Part shown: in pieces, positions 1-10,948 of the stretch
Position numbering within the stretch: the first letter of the stretch is position 1
Layout: every line of letters starts with the position of its first letter
NCBI GenBank assembly: GCA_963728475.1
Contig: CAVSKL010000002.1
Coordinates: 558,365 to 622,364 of the forward strand
Source: Candidatus Eiseniibacteriota bacterium
GTDB taxonomy: Bacteria; Eisenbacteria; RBG-16-71-46; JABDJR01
Direction of reading: 5' to 3'
DNA length: 64,000 nucleotides
Made by a program: the position numbers and the translations under genes
The notes under the pieces: model-generated
Told to the model about the DNA's origin: nothing
The model's database searches: none
What the model saw: the letters and a program-made list of their open reading frames with translations, nothing else

Positions 1-4
1 GCCG

Positions 5-442
5 ATGAAGCACGTGATCGCCTCCGCGCCCTACCTGGTCGCCCTGAGCGCGGGATTCCTGGTCCAGCTCTACAAGTTTCTGGCGGAGATGGTCTTCAAC
101 CGGAGGGTGAACTTCACCCGCCTGGTCTCCACCGGCGGCATGCCCAGCTCGCACTCGGCGAGCGTGGCCGCGCTCACCACCGCGGTGGCGTTCCGGGAGG
201 GGGCGGGGTCCACGATCTTCAGCGTCACCCTCTTCTTCAGCCTCGTCATCATGTACGATGCGGCGGGGCTCCGCCGGGCGGCGGGGATGCAGGCCCGGGT
301 GCTGAACCGCATCGTGGAGGACCACTACCGGCACCGGGAGCTTCTCGCCGAGCGGCTGACCGAACTCTTGGGGCACACCCCGTTCGAGGTCCTGGTGGGA
401 GCGGCGGTGGGCGTGCTCTACGGCCTGGTCTGGTACATCTAG
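5..442 (+). CDS. Divergent PAP2 family membrane protein (DUF212)
   Basis: GGMPSSHSA, YDAAGLRRAAG and LGHTPFEV motifs; hydrophobic helices. Confidence 0.9.
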   Translation: MKHVIASAPYLVALSAGFLVQLYKFLAEMVFNRRVNFTRLVSTGGMPSSHSASVAALTTAVAFREGAGSTIFSVTLFFSLVIMYDAAGLRRAAGMQARVLNRIVEDHYRHRELLAERLTELLGHTPFEVLVGAAVGVLYGLVWYI

Positions 443-450
443 GAGGCGTC

Positions 451-1323
451 ATGGCCCCTCCCAAGCGCGTGTCGGTGCAGGCCAACCTCTTGAAACCGGA
501 GGCGCTCGGCGTGGTGCGCCGGATCACCGGCCGGCTGGAGGCGGGCGGGGTGGAGGTGCTGCTCAAGCACGACCTCGCCGCCGCTCTGGGCAAGCGGGGG
601 AACGAGGACGGGTTCCTGGACCGGACCGAGCTCCTCCTGTGCCTGGGGGGGGACGGCACCCTGCTGAACGCGGTGCGCGCGCTGGAGGGGCGCGAGGTGC
701 CGATCCTGGGGGTGAACCTGGGAGGCCTCGGATTCCTCACCGCGGTCCCCTCGGACGAGATCGACCCCTGCCTGGACGCGGTGCTGGCCGGCGCCTACCG
801 GCTGGAGACCCGGCCGCTCTTGCGCGCGTTCACCGAGGATGAAGCGGGGCGGCGGCTCGAGCTCCACGCCTTGAACGACGTGGTGGTGGACGAGGGGACC
901 TTCAACCGGCGGGCGGTGGTGCTCAAGATGACCATCGACGGCGCCTACGTCGGCACCTTCACCGCCGACGGCCTGGTGGTGTCGACCCCCACCGGCTCCA
1001 CCGCGTACTCCCTCTCCGCCGGCGGGCCCATCGTCCACCCCGCGTTGGGGGCGCTGGTGGTGACCCCGATGTGCGCCCACTCGCTGGCCATCCGGCCCCT
1101 GGTCTTCGGCGACGACGAGGAGGTGGAGGTGGAGAATCTCCTCCCGGGGGTCTTTCTCAAGATCACCGCCGATGGCCAGGACGCGCACCGGGTGGCCCCG
1201 GGGGCGCGGATCCGGATCGGCCGCTCCCAACGCCGGGTGGTGCTGGCGTTCCTGGGACGGCGCCCGTACTACGAGATCCTGCGCACCAAGCTGAACTGGG
1301 GCGGGATACCGAAGAACCGGTAG
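451..1323 (+). CDS. nadK: NAD(+) kinase
   Basis: GGDGT, LNDVVV, DGLVVSTPTGSTAYSLSAGGP; AGGAGG SD upstream. Confidence 0.96.
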   Translation: MAPPKRVSVQANLLKPEALGVVRRITGRLEAGGVEVLLKHDLAAALGKRGNEDGFLDRTELLLCLGGDGTLLNAVRALEGREVPILGVNLGGLGFLTAVPSDEIDPCLDAVLAGAYRLETRPLLRAFTEDEAGRRLELHALNDVVVDEGTFNRRAVVLKMTIDGAYVGTFTADGLVVSTPTGSTAYSLSAGGPIVHPALGALVVTPMCAHSLAIRPLVFGDDEEVEVENLLPGVFLKITADGQDAHRVAPGARIRIGRSQRRVVLAFLGRRPYYEILRTKLNWGGIPKNR

Positions 1324-1324
1324 C

Positions 1325-3163
1325 ATGCCCGCGGGCCCGCTCTGGATCCTCTCCCTGGTCGGCACCGCGGCCGGAAGCTGCCCGGCGCTCTACCTTCGCT
1401 CCCTCCTCACCGTCGGCCTCCTCGCGCTGGCCGCGTTCGCCGCGGCCCGGCGGGGGACGCGCGCCGGGGCGCTGTTGTGGATCGTGGGGGGGGCGTTCGC
1501 GGCGGCGGCGTGGTGGCTGCGCGACCGGAACCTTCTCCTCGGCGACTCCCGGGTGTGGATCCAGAACGCGGATTTCCTGCGCGGGCACCTCCCCGGCTAC
1601 CGATCCCCGCTGGCCGCGGTGGTCCTGGGGTGGGTGGCGCGCCCGGCGTCGGGGACGGGCGCGGTGGCGGCGGCGCTGGCGATGGTGTCGGTGGCCTCGG
1701 GCTGGCTCACCGCCGTCCTCCTCGCCGGAGCGCTCCGCCGCGAGGCGCCGGACCGGAGCGCGGGGGCGGCGGCCCTGGCCCTGGTGCTGGTGTTCGCGGC
1801 CCCGGTGAGCTTCGTCTTCTACGGCCACGTCGAGGTCTATCCGCTCTTCGCCGCGGTGTTCGCCGCATTCCTCGCCTCGCTCCTCCGGGACTTCGCCCGG
1901 GGCCGGACGGGGGTGGGAACGGCGGCGCTTTTGGCCGCCGCGTGCCTGGTCCACGTGGCGGGGCTCCTGGCCGCGGTCCCCCTGGCGGCGTGGGCCCTCT
2001 CACCGCGCCGCGGCCGCCGGATGGCGGCGGTCTGGGCCGGGCTCATGGCCGCCGGATGGGGGGCGACCGCGCTTCTCCCCCCCTTGCGCGCGCACTCCCT
2101 GGCCGCGCACTGGGAGGAGCTCCACCCGCCCGGGGACTACCTCTGGGACGTGGCCGGCGACTGGCTCCTGGTGCTGATCCCGGCGGGGCTGGTCGCCCTC
2201 GCCGCCCGCCGCCGCGCCCTCGACGACGCCCCCGGTCGGATCCTGGGGCTCACCACCGCGGGTTTCCTCCTCTTCCCGCTGATCGGACGGTTCGAGCTGG
2301 GCGGGTACCGCGACCTGGACCTCATGACCCCGGCGCTGGTCTCCGCGGCGTTCTTCGCCGGCCGGGCGGCGGTGCGCTCGGGGTTCGCGTTCCGGCCCGC
2401 GCTCCTCGCCGCGATCGCGCCGGGGCCGATCCTCCTGGGCGGGCTCCTCACCCTGACCCTGTGCCCGGCGGGGGCGAAGTTCCTGGCCGCCCAGAACGCG
2501 CGCGGGTCGGTCACCGGCCCGGCCCGGAGCTACGGCTGGGAGATCCTCGCCTACTACCATCGCGAGCGGGGAGAGGCCGCCGCCGGCGAAGCGGACGTCC
2601 GGAAGGCGCTGGAAGCGACGCCCGGAAACCACCGGTTGTGGGGGACCCTGGGCGACTTCCAGCTCGCCCGCGGGGACACCTCCGGGGCCGTCTCCAGCCT
2701 GGCCCGCTCCATGGACTCGCCCCGGGCGGGTCGGACGGCGGGGGAGCTCGGCGAGCTCCTCACCGCCTCCGGACGGGCGGGGGAGGCGGTGTCGATCCTG
2801 GAGGCGCATCGCGCCGCCACCCTGTCCACCGGGCGGGGGGCGGCGGCGCTGGCGGTGGCGTGGTTCCGCCTCGACCGTCCCGAGTCCACCCTGGCGGTGG
2901 CGCGGGCGCGGCTCCGGCTCGATCCCGGCGACGACGTCGCCCACTTCAACGCGGCGGCCGCCCTCAGCGCGCTCCGCCTCCCCGGCGCCGCTCTCGCCGA
3001 ACTTCGCGAGGCCGCCCGGCTCGACCCGGGCGCGCTCCGCTACCACCGGCAGATCCTGGCCCTCCTCCTTTCCGGGCCGGACGGGCGCGCCCGGGCGGGG
3101 GACTATCTCCGCTCGCTCCCTCCCGCGCTCCGCGACTCGGTGCTGGCCCCCGCCGGGCCCTGA
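1325..3163 (+). CDS. Multi-pass membrane protein with C-terminal TPR repeats
   Basis: About 10 hydrophobic segments followed by TPR-like repeats (LWGTLGDFQLARGD, AHFNAAAALSAL); fills the gap between nadK and recN. Confidence 0.7.
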   Translation: MPAGPLWILSLVGTAAGSCPALYLRSLLTVGLLALAAFAAARRGTRAGALLWIVGGAFAAAAWWLRDRNLLLGDSRVWIQNADFLRGHLPGYRSPLAAVVLGWVARPASGTGAVAAALAMVSVASGWLTAVLLAGALRREAPDRSAGAAALALVLVFAAPVSFVFYGHVEVYPLFAAVFAAFLASLLRDFARGRTGVGTAALLAAACLVHVAGLLAAVPLAAWALSPRRGRRMAAVWAGLMAAGWGATALLPPLRAHSLAAHWEELHPPGDYLWDVAGDWLLVLIPAGLVALAARRRALDDAPGRILGLTTAGFLLFPLIGRFELGGYRDLDLMTPALVSAAFFAGRAAVRSGFAFRPALLAAIAPGPILLGGLLTLTLCPAGAKFLAAQNARGSVTGPARSYGWEILAYYHRERGEAAAGEADVRKALEATPGNHRLWGTLGDFQLARGDTSGAVSSLARSMDSPRAGRTAGELGELLTASGRAGEAVSILEAHRAATLSTGRGAAALAVAWFRLDRPESTLAVARARLRLDPGDDVAHFNAAAALSALRLPGAALAELREAARLDPGALRYHRQILALLLSGPDGRARAGDYLRSLPPALRDSVLAPAGP

Positions 3164-3257
3164 ACCGCTCCGCTGGTGTAGAATCCCGCTTTGCCCGGGG
3201 GCCGGGGGGCCTCGGGCCGCCGGCGACCCCGTTCCCGCCCGTCCGGAGAGGAGCGAC

Positions 3258-4949
3258 ATGCTGAGAGAGCTCTGGGTTTCCAACCTGGCGGTGGTGGACC
3301 GCCTGGAAGCCCGGTTCGAACCGGGCCTGAACGCGATCACCGGGGAGACCGGGGCGGGGAAGTCCCTGGTGGTGGGCTCGCTGGATCTGGTCCTGGGGGG
3401 GCGGGCGTCGGCGGGCCTGGTCCGCCGCGGCGCCTCCGAGGCCGAGGTGGTCGCCCGCTTCGAGCTGGCCCCGGACCACTTCACCCGCCGCGGCCTCGAC
3501 CAGCCCCTGGAGGACGGCACCCTCCTCCTGCGCCGGGTGGTGGGGGCCGACGGCCGCTCCCGCGCCTACGTCAACGATCGGCCGGCCACGGTGGGCCGCC
3601 TCCGCGAGCTGGGGGCGGCCCTGGCCGATCTGCACGGGCAGCACGAGCAGCAGAATCTGTTGCGGGACGAGACCCACCTCGATTATCTCGACGCCTACGC
3701 GGGGGCGGGGAGCGCGGTGGACGCGGTCGCCGCCGCCCATCGCGCCCACGCCGAGGCCTCGGAGCGGGTCGCCGCGTTTCTCGAGGAGAGCCGCCGGAGC
3801 GGCGAGGAGCGGGAGTTCCTCGAATTCCAGTTCCGCGAGCTGACCGATGCCGGGCTCCGCGCCGGCGAGGAGGAGGAGCTGGAGCGGGAACGGCACCGCG
3901 GCGCCCACGCCGAGAAGCTGGCGCAGCTGGCCGCCGGAGCCCTCGACGCCCTCACCGAGGGCGATCCGGGGGCGGAAAGCCTGCTGGGCCGCGCCTCGCG
4001 CGACCTGGGGGCGGCGGCCGCGCTCGACCCGGGGTTGGAGGAGGTGCGGCGGCAGGTCGACGAGTCGCTGGTGGCGTGCGAGGAGGCGGCGCGCGACCTC
4101 GCCCGGTACGTGGACGGGATCGCGGCCGACCCCGGGCGGCTGGAAGAAGTCGGCGCCCGGCTCGCCCTGCTCGCGCGCCTGAAGCGGAAGTACCACGCTT
4201 CGGTGGACGACCTGGTGCGCCGCCGGGAGGAGCTCGACGACCTCCTGGCCGGGCGGGAGGACGCCTCCCGGCGCCGCGCGGCCCTGGACGCGGATCTGGC
4301 CCGGACCGGCGCCGCGCTTCTCGAGGCCGCTTCCCGGCTGAGCGCGGTCCGGAGCCGCGCCGCCGCCGCCTTCGCCCGCGAGGTCACCCGCGAACTGCGC
4401 GGCCTGGGCATGGAGGGGGCGCGGTTCGCGGTGGAGTTCCGCCCCCCCCGCGCGGGGGCGTCGCTACCCGGCCGCGAGGCCCCGGTGGGTCCCCGCGGCG
4501 CCGAGGACGCGGCGTTCGTGCTCGCCGCCAACCCCGGCGAGGCGGCGGGGGCGCTCGCCCGGATCGCATCCGGGGGCGAGGTTTCCCGGGTGATGCTCGC
4601 GCTCAAGAACGTGCTCCGCCGGGTGGACCCGGTGCCGGTGGTGATCTTCGACGAGGTGGACACCGGGATCGGGGGCCTGGTCGCAGAAGCGGTGGGATCG
4701 CGCCTGGCCGCCATCGCCGGCGAGCGCCAGGTCCTGGTGGTGACCCACCTGGCGGTGATCGCGGGGCGGGCCGGGCACCACCTGCGGCTCGTGAAGTCGG
4801 TGGACCGCAAGCGGACCCTGGTCCGGATGGAGGTCCTGGACGCGGCCGGGCGGGAGGCGGAGCTGGCCCGGATGCTGGCGGGGAGCGCCGGAGGCGAGGA
4901 CGCCCGGCGGACCGCGCGGGCGCTGATGGGGGAGGCGGAAGCCCGATGA
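3258..4949 (+). CDS. recN: DNA repair protein RecN
   Basis: TGETGAGKS Walker A, HGQHEQ, ASGGE signature, IFDEVDTG Walker B, VTH. Confidence 0.96.
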   Translation: MLRELWVSNLAVVDRLEARFEPGLNAITGETGAGKSLVVGSLDLVLGGRASAGLVRRGASEAEVVARFELAPDHFTRRGLDQPLEDGTLLLRRVVGADGRSRAYVNDRPATVGRLRELGAALADLHGQHEQQNLLRDETHLDYLDAYAGAGSAVDAVAAAHRAHAEASERVAAFLEESRRSGEEREFLEFQFRELTDAGLRAGEEEELERERHRGAHAEKLAQLAAGALDALTEGDPGAESLLGRASRDLGAAAALDPGLEEVRRQVDESLVACEEAARDLARYVDGIAADPGRLEEVGARLALLARLKRKYHASVDDLVRRREELDDLLAGREDASRRRAALDADLARTGAALLEAASRLSAVRSRAAAAFAREVTRELRGLGMEGARFAVEFRPPRAGASLPGREAPVGPRGAEDAAFVLAANPGEAAGALARIASGGEVSRVMLALKNVLRRVDPVPVVIFDEVDTGIGGLVAEAVGSRLAAIAGERQVLVVTHLAVIAGRAGHHLRLVKSVDRKRTLVRMEVLDAAGREAELARMLAGSAGGEDARRTARALMGEAEAR

Positions 4950-6652
4950 CCGCCTCCGAGGCCCGCCCGGAAGCTCCCGGCCGCCGGGGCGCGGGGCTCC
5001 GGCTCTTCATGCTCGACAACTACGACTCCTTCACCTACAACCTGGTCCAGTACCTGAGCGAGTTCGGGGCGGAGGTCGCGGTGGCGCGCAACGACGCCGT
5101 CACCCCGTCCGAGGTCGCCGCGGGGGGCTATCACGGGGTGGTGATCTCGCCCGGCCCCGGGGTCCCCGCCGACGCCGGGGTGAGCGAGGCGGTGATCCGG
5201 GCGGTGACCGGGCGGACGCCGCTCCTCGGGGTGTGCCTGGGCCACCAGGCCCTGGGGGAGGTGTTCGGCGCCCGGGTGGTGCGGGCGGAGCGCCTGATGC
5301 ACGGCAAGACCTCGCCGGTGCTCCACGACGGCCGGGATCTCTTCGCCGGCCTCGAGAACCCCTTCACCGCCACCCGCTATCACTCGCTCCTCCTGGAACG
5401 GGGGAGCGTGAACGGGGTGCTCGAGATCTCGGCCTGGACGGAGGAGGGCGAGGTGATGGCGATTCGCCACCGCGAGGCCCCCGCCTGGGGGGTGCAGTTC
5501 CATCCCGAGTCCATCCTCACCGGAGCGGGAAAACACCTGCTCGCCAACTACCTCGACGCCTGCCGCGCCGCGGCCGGCGGGGAGGCTCCTGGTGATCCCC
5601 GGACCCCGGCCGGCATGACCGGCGACTCCCGCGGCCTCGGCGCCGCCCTGGAACGCCTCGCCGACGGCGGCAACCTCTCCCGCGGGGAGATGCGCGCGGC
5701 CATGGACGTCGTCATGCGGGGCGAGGCCACCGCGGCCCAGATCGGGGCGCTCCTGATGGCGCTCCGGGTCCGGGGCGAGACCCCCGAGGAGATCGCGGGG
5801 GCGGCGGAATCCATGCGCACCCACGCCCGCCGGATCGCGGTGGCCCGCGAGCCCCTCCTCGACACCTGCGGGACCGGAGGCGACCGGAGCGGGACCTTCA
5901 ACATCTCCACCGCCTCCGCCTTCGTGGCCGCGGGGGCGGGGGTGGCGGTGGCCAAGCACGGCAACCGTTCGGTGTCCAGCCGGTGCGGGAGCGCCGACGT
6001 GCTGGAGGCCCTGGGGGCGCGGATCGACCTCCCCCCCGAGGCGGTGGCCGCCTCCATCGAGAGCGTGGGCTTCGGCTTCCTGTTCGCCCCGGTGCACCAC
6101 GGCGCCATGAAGCACGCGGCCGCGCCGCGGCGCGAGCTGGCGCTCCGCACCCTGTTCAACGTGCTGGGGCCCCTCTCCAATCCCGCCGGAGCCACCCACC
6201 AGGTCCTGGGGGTGTACGCGGCCGGCCTCACCTCGACCCTGGCCGAGGTGCTGCGGATCCTAGGCCTGCGGGGGGCGATGGTGGTGCACGGCGCGGGGGG
6301 CCTAGACGAGCTCTCGCTCGCCGGCCCCAGCCGGGTGAGCGAGCTTCGCGACGGGACCGTGCGCACCTACGAGGTCGCTCCCGCCGAACTCGGCCTCGCC
6401 TCCGCCCCCGCGGACGCCCTGGCCGGGGGCGGCGCCGCCGAGAACGCGCTTCTCATCCGCGCCGTGTTCACCGGCCGCGAGGGCCCCGCCCGCGACGTGG
6501 TCTGCCTGAACGCGGGCGCCGCCCTCTACACCGTGGGAGCGTCCGCCACCCTCGCCGGGGGGGTCCGCCTCGCCCGCGACACGGTGGAGAGCGGACGGGC
6601 GCTCCAGGCGGTGGAGAACTACGTGCGGTTCACCCGGGAGTGGGACGGATGA
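4946..6652 (+). CDS. trpGD: Bifunctional anthranilate synthase component II / anthranilate phosphoribosyltransferase (TrpG-TrpD fusion)
   Basis: [29 protein letters not shown], then [23 protein letters not shown]; true start is the ATGA overlap with the recN stop. Confidence 0.93.
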   Translation: MTASEARPEAPGRRGAGLRLFMLDNYDSFTYNLVQYLSEFGAEVAVARNDAVTPSEVAAGGYHGVVISPGPGVPADAGVSEAVIRAVTGRTPLLGVCLGHQALGEVFGARVVRAERLMHGKTSPVLHDGRDLFAGLENPFTATRYHSLLLERGSVNGVLEISAWTEEGEVMAIRHREAPAWGVQFHPESILTGAGKHLLANYLDACRAAAGGEAPGDPRTPAGMTGDSRGLGAALERLADGGNLSRGEMRAAMDVVMRGEATAAQIGALLMALRVRGETPEEIAGAAESMRTHARRIAVAREPLLDTCGTGGDRSGTFNISTASAFVAAGAGVAVAKHGNRSVSSRCGSADVLEALGARIDLPPEAVAASIESVGFGFLFAPVHHGAMKHAAAPRRELALRTLFNVLGPLSNPAGATHQVLGVYAAGLTSTLAEVLRILGLRGAMVVHGAGGLDELSLAGPSRVSELRDGTVRTYEVAPAELGLASAPADALAGGGAAENALLIRAVFTGREGPARDVVCLNAGAALYTVGASATLAGGVRLARDTVESGRALQAVENYVRFTREWDG

Positions 6653-7491
6653 GCGGGCTTCCCGGCATCCTGGGCCGGATCGTGGAACGGACGCTGGAGG
6701 ACGTGCGCGCGCGGGAGCACCGGGTGTCGCGGAGCGAGCTCCGTGAGCGGGCGGAGGCGCGGGCGGGAGCGCGCCGGGCGCTGGACTCCGCCCTCCGGCG
6801 CCCCCGTCCCGAGGCCCCGGTGCGCTTCCTGTGCGAGGTGAAGATGGCGTCCCCGTCGCGGGGGCTCCTGCGCGAGGACCTGGACCCCGCCCGGCAGGCC
6901 CGCGCCTACCGCGAGAACGGCGCGGCGGCGGTGTCGGTGGTGACCGAGCCCCATTTCTTCCGGGGGAGCGGCGCCCTGCTGGCGGGGGCGCGGGAGGGGG
7001 CGAAGGAGCTGCCGCTCTTGCGCAAGGATTTCCACGTGCACGAGCTTCAGCTCTTCGAAGCGGCTGCGGGGGAGGCGGACGCGGTGCTCCTCCTGGCCGC
7101 GGTCCTGAGCCCGTCCCAGCTCCGCGACTACCTGGAACTCTGCGCCGCCTACCGCCTGGGGCACCTGGTGGAGGTCGACGACGCCGCCCAGGCGGAGACC
7201 GCGCTCCGGGCCGGCGCCCGGGTGGTGGGGGTGAACAACCGTGACCTCGCCGACTTCACCGTGGACGTGGGGCGGACCGAGGCGGTGCTCCCCGCCCTGC
7301 GCGGAAGCGGCGTGGTGACGGTGGCGGAGAGCGGGATCTCCGAGCGCGCAATCGTGCTCCGCCTCCAGGCGGCGGGGGTGGACGCGCTCCTGGTGGGGGA
7401 GGCGCTGGTGGTCGCCGACGACCCCGGGGCCCGCCTCCGCGCGCTCCGCGGCGATCCCGGGCCCGATGCCGGCTCCGGCTCCGCGCCTTGA
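6649..7491 (+). CDS. trpC: Indole-3-glycerol phosphate synthase
   Basis: [28 protein letters not shown]; ATGA overlap with trpD. Confidence 0.93.
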   Translation: MSGLPGILGRIVERTLEDVRAREHRVSRSELRERAEARAGARRALDSALRRPRPEAPVRFLCEVKMASPSRGLLREDLDPARQARAYRENGAAAVSVVTEPHFFRGSGALLAGAREGAKELPLLRKDFHVHELQLFEAAAGEADAVLLLAAVLSPSQLRDYLELCAAYRLGHLVEVDDAAQAETALRAGARVVGVNNRDLADFTVDVGRTEAVLPALRGSGVVTVAESGISERAIVLRLQAAGVDALLVGEALVVADDPGARLRALRGDPGPDAGSGSAP

Positions 7492-7516
7492 CACCGCGGG
7501 GGGGGCGTGTGAAACT
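7488..7516 (+). promoter_or_regulatory. Putative sigma70 promoter for tRNA-Arg
   Basis: TTGACA-N17-GAAACT, 30 bp upstream of the tRNA. Confidence 0.5.
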
Positions 7517-7546
7517 TCATCGCCGTTTTGAAGGATCGCTTGAAGT

Positions 7547-7623
<77 letters not shown>

Positions 7624-7699
7624 GCTTCGCTTGCCCCCCCGCGGCGGGTCGCGGGCGCCGGCCGTCCGGTTTCCTCCCTCCGGGGCCGTGAGCAGGAGG

Positions 7700-9445
7700 A
7701 TGCCCAGAGTGACTCGGCGCCGGTGGTTCCTCTGCCTGCGGATGCTCGCGGTCCTGGCGGTGGCCGCCTTCTGGTTTCTCGCCGCCGGGCGGACCTCCCA
7801 GGCTCTTCCCCCCCAGGCCGAGGTCTCGGCCGACTCCATCCTCGCCACCGCACGCGACCTGAGCGGCGAGACCGGAATCGGGCCCCCCAGCCGGTTCGCC
7901 CCGCTACCCACCACCGGGATCTACGCGCGTTACCTGCTGAAGCGGCTCGACGACGCCCTGAAGCCCCTGGGCGGCTACGCGGTCCTCGACACCTTCTATC
8001 CCGGCCTCGATTATCACGGCCCTCACGAGATCCGCACCGCCTACACCGACGTGGTGGGCTGGCTCCCGGGCGCGATGGGCGGGACCTCGCCCGGGCTTTT
8101 CTTGCTGGGAGCGCACTTCGACGGCACCTCCCAGGCCGACAGCCTCACCCATCCCGAGTGGGACAAGTGGACCTCCCCCGCGCCCGGCGCCGACGACAAC
8201 GGAAGCGGGGTGGGCTCCATCCTGGAAGCGCTGCGGGTGGCCGCGGCCCGGAATCTCCGGCCCCAGGCCGGCGTGATGATCACCTTCTTCGACGGCGAGG
8301 AACAGCAGCTGATCGAGCGCGACCGCTTCCTGCTGGGGAGCCGGTATCTCGCCGACAGCGTGTTCGCGGCCGGGAAGCTCGACCCCCTCAAGCTCTACGG
8401 GGTGGTGAACCTGGACATGGTTTCCTACAACCCCCGCCGGGACTCGCTGGCCGTCATCACCAACATCCCCTCCCGGTGGCTGGCGAATGACCTCCTGGAC
8501 GTCCACCGCGGCGGCGCCGCCCCCGGGCTCGCCCTGTCCCGGCTGGTGAAGGGACTCACCTACAGCGACCACGCCTCGTTCTGGGCCGACGGTTACGATG
8601 CCGTCCTCCTCATCGAGGCCCCGGACATCGTCGACCACAACCCCTACTACCACACCATGCGCGACCTGGTGCCCAACACCTACTCGCGGAACGGAGCCAT
8701 GGCGGCCAAGGCCTCGGAGCTGCTCCTGGGACTGCTGCAATCGTGGGCGCAGACCGGTCCCGAGAGCCTGGTGGTCTCCGCCGACGGCATCCTGGTCCAG
8801 AAGGGGGTGGCGGTCGATCTCGCCACCGTGGACGCGGGCGAGGAGGTGAGCGTGGTGGTGCGGGTGGCCAACCGGGGCGGCGTGCACACCGCGCCGATGC
8901 AGGTGGAACTGGCCACCGCCGGCATGGACGGAAAGCCGATCCGCACCGTGAGCTCGGTGGTGGACGACGAGGTGCTCCCCCCCGGCGCGGCCGCCCGCCT
9001 GACCCTGCCCTGGACTCCGGACTCCCGGGAGCGGGGGGCGGTCCGGCTCCAGGCCCGGGTGATCTCGGGGAGCGGGCGGGCGATGGCCGACAAGCTGATC
9101 GCGGTGCGGGGGGGCGCGGCCGAGGTGCCCCAGGCCTTCGTGTATCCCAATCCCACCGCCGAACCCTCCACCGCCGTGGTGGGCTACTCCCTCACCCAGC
9201 CCGGGCCGGTGCGGATCGGGGTGCTCTCCCTGAACGGGCGGCTCCTCGCCCAGACCGACATCCCCTACGACCCGGTCTATCCCGACAGCAACGTGACCGC
9301 GGGCCGGGCCGACGTGCCCCTGAGCCGGGTCCTGCACGGCACCACGCTCGCCCCTGGGCTCTATCTCCTCCGGGTCGAGCTGTTCGGGGCCCGGTCGGGG
9401 GCCGGCGCGGACGTCGCCATGGCCCGGTTCGTGGTGCTTCGATAG
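7700..9445 (+). CDS. Secreted M28-family metallopeptidase with CARDB/Ig-like domain and C-terminal sorting-type domain
   Basis: Signal peptide; GAHFD, PGADDNGSG, FDGEE, NLDM, SDH, YHT; C-terminal YPNP...GLYLL domain. Start is 7700 (ATG) or 7709 (GTG, better SD spacing). Confidence 0.85.
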   Translation: MPRVTRRRWFLCLRMLAVLAVAAFWFLAAGRTSQALPPQAEVSADSILATARDLSGETGIGPPSRFAPLPTTGIYARYLLKRLDDALKPLGGYAVLDTFYPGLDYHGPHEIRTAYTDVVGWLPGAMGGTSPGLFLLGAHFDGTSQADSLTHPEWDKWTSPAPGADDNGSGVGSILEALRVAAARNLRPQAGVMITFFDGEEQQLIERDRFLLGSRYLADSVFAAGKLDPLKLYGVVNLDMVSYNPRRDSLAVITNIPSRWLANDLLDVHRGGAAPGLALSRLVKGLTYSDHASFWADGYDAVLLIEAPDIVDHNPYYHTMRDLVPNTYSRNGAMAAKASELLLGLLQSWAQTGPESLVVSADGILVQKGVAVDLATVDAGEEVSVVVRVANRGGVHTAPMQVELATAGMDGKPIRTVSSVVDDEVLPPGAAARLTLPWTPDSRERGAVRLQARVISGSGRAMADKLIAVRGGAAEVPQAFVYPNPTAEPSTAVVGYSLTQPGPVRIGVLSLNGRLLAQTDIPYDPVYPDSNVTAGRADVPLSRVLHGTTLAPGLYLLRVELFGARSGAGADVAMARFVVLR

Positions 9446-9447
9446 CG

Positions 9448-9732
9448 ATGCCGATCTCCCGGACCCCCCGGCCCGATCCCCGATCCGTCCGGTGGCTGTC
9501 CGGGGTGATGGCGGCGCTCTACGCCGCGACCTGCGCCCTGGTGATCTACTTCCGGCTGGGGCCGGTGTCGCGGGTGCTGGCCCGGGTGGAGCGGGACGGG
9601 GCCCGGGTCCCGGCCTGGATGCCGGCCGCCTTCACCGTGGGGGCGGTGGTGGCCGCGGCCTTCCTGGCCTGGAAGGGGGCGGTCTACCTCCGCCGGGCGT
9701 TGGGGCCTCGGACGGGGCCGCCCGCGCGGTGA
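9448..9732 (+). CDS. Small two-TM hypothetical membrane protein
   Basis: ATG 2 bp after the M28 stop; two hydrophobic helices; coding-like codon usage. Confidence 0.6.
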   Translation: MPISRTPRPDPRSVRWLSGVMAALYAATCALVIYFRLGPVSRVLARVERDGARVPAWMPAAFTVGAVVAAAFLAWKGAVYLRRALGPRTGPPAR

Positions 9733-9868
9733 GGGCCCCCCGGCCCTGCTCCCGCCAAATCCCCCGATCGCCGCGAATTGCCGCGATTATTTTGCGGGAT
9801 CGAAGGCTTCCCCTGCCGATATAGGGGGACGAAAGGGCAGCGCCGGACCCCCTTCCAAAGAGCGAAGC

Positions 9869-10906
9869 ATGAGCACCGAAAAGACATACCGCGAGCTTTG
9901 CCAGCGGCTCAAGGACATCACCGACCTCGACGAGGGGCGGCGGGACCTGGCCGGCATTCTCTCCCGCACGGCCGGCGCCGCCCGGGAACTCCTGGACGCG
10001 CCCCTGGTCTACGCCGCCGCCGCCGCCGACGGGGCGAGCCTGGTCTCGGTGGCGGAAGAGGGGGCGCTGATGGTGCGCACCGAGCCCTGGCAGGGCCCGG
10101 GCCGCCTGGGGCGCACCGTGCTCCAGGGGGACGGCTGCCGGGTGTGGACCCGGAGCGAGGAGGGGCCCCCTTCCGCCCACGACTTCCTCGACTTCGTGGG
10201 GGCGGGGAGCTGGATCGGCGTTCCCATCGCCATGCCCGACCGCCCCGCCGGCATCCTGGTCGCGCTCCGGGAGGATCCGGTGGGATTCGACGAGACCGAG
10301 CGCGATCTCATGCTGATCCTCACCGGCCACGCCGCCGCCGCCCTCGGCAACCTCCGCACCTTCCAGGAAGTGGAGTCGCTCGCCATCACCGACGAGCTGA
10401 CCCGGATCTACAACTACCGCTTCCTCAAGACCGCGCTCCGGCGGGAGGTGGCCCGCGCCTCGCGCTACGGCCAGACCTTCTCGGTGATCATGATCGACGT
10501 CGACCACCTCAAGAAGTACAACGAGAGCCACGGGCACCTGGGCGGGAGCGAGCTCCTGCGCCAGCTCGCCGGCATCCTCGCTCGCAACTCCCGGGCCATC
10601 GACCTGGTGGCCAAGTACGGCGGGGACGAATTCCTGGTCATCCTGCCCCAGACCCGCCTGGACGGGGCGGTGGTGATGGGGAACCGCATCTGCACCGCGG
10701 TGGCCGGCTCCTGCTTCCCGCACTGCACTCCCGGCGACATCACCGTGAGCATCGGGGTGGCGAGCTTCCCCCAGCACGGCGCGACCATGGAAGCGCTCCT
10801 GGCCGCTTCCGACGAGGCCCTCTTCCGGGCCAAGCGCGGGGGGCGGAACCGGGTGGAGTGCGCGGAGGCGCCGGGCAACCCGGACCGCATCGTCGAAGCC
10901 GCCTGA
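9869..10906 (+). CDS. GAF-GGDEF diguanylate cyclase
   Basis: DELT, MIDVDHLKKYNESHGH, RAID I-site, GGDEF, VSIGVA. Confidence 0.93.
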   Translation: MSTEKTYRELCQRLKDITDLDEGRRDLAGILSRTAGAARELLDAPLVYAAAAADGASLVSVAEEGALMVRTEPWQGPGRLGRTVLQGDGCRVWTRSEEGPPSAHDFLDFVGAGSWIGVPIAMPDRPAGILVALREDPVGFDETERDLMLILTGHAAAALGNLRTFQEVESLAITDELTRIYNYRFLKTALRREVARASRYGQTFSVIMIDVDHLKKYNESHGHLGGSELLRQLAGILARNSRAIDLVAKYGGDEFLVILPQTRLDGAVVMGNRICTAVAGSCFPHCTPGDITVSIGVASFPQHGATMEALLAASDEALFRAKRGGRNRVECAEAPGNPDRIVEAA

Positions 10907-10948
10907 CCCCGGCCGCGCCCCCTTTCGTATGGTCCGGACCGCGGCGGT

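Noticed and set aside
3191-4945. Apparent 1153-aa TrpGD with a long N-terminal extension (similar extensions on trpC, purN, the SDR, the epimerase and the Big_5 ORFs)
   Set aside because: The extensions are Arg/Gly/Pro-rich off-frame readings of the upstream genes; true starts lie at or next to the upstream stop codons
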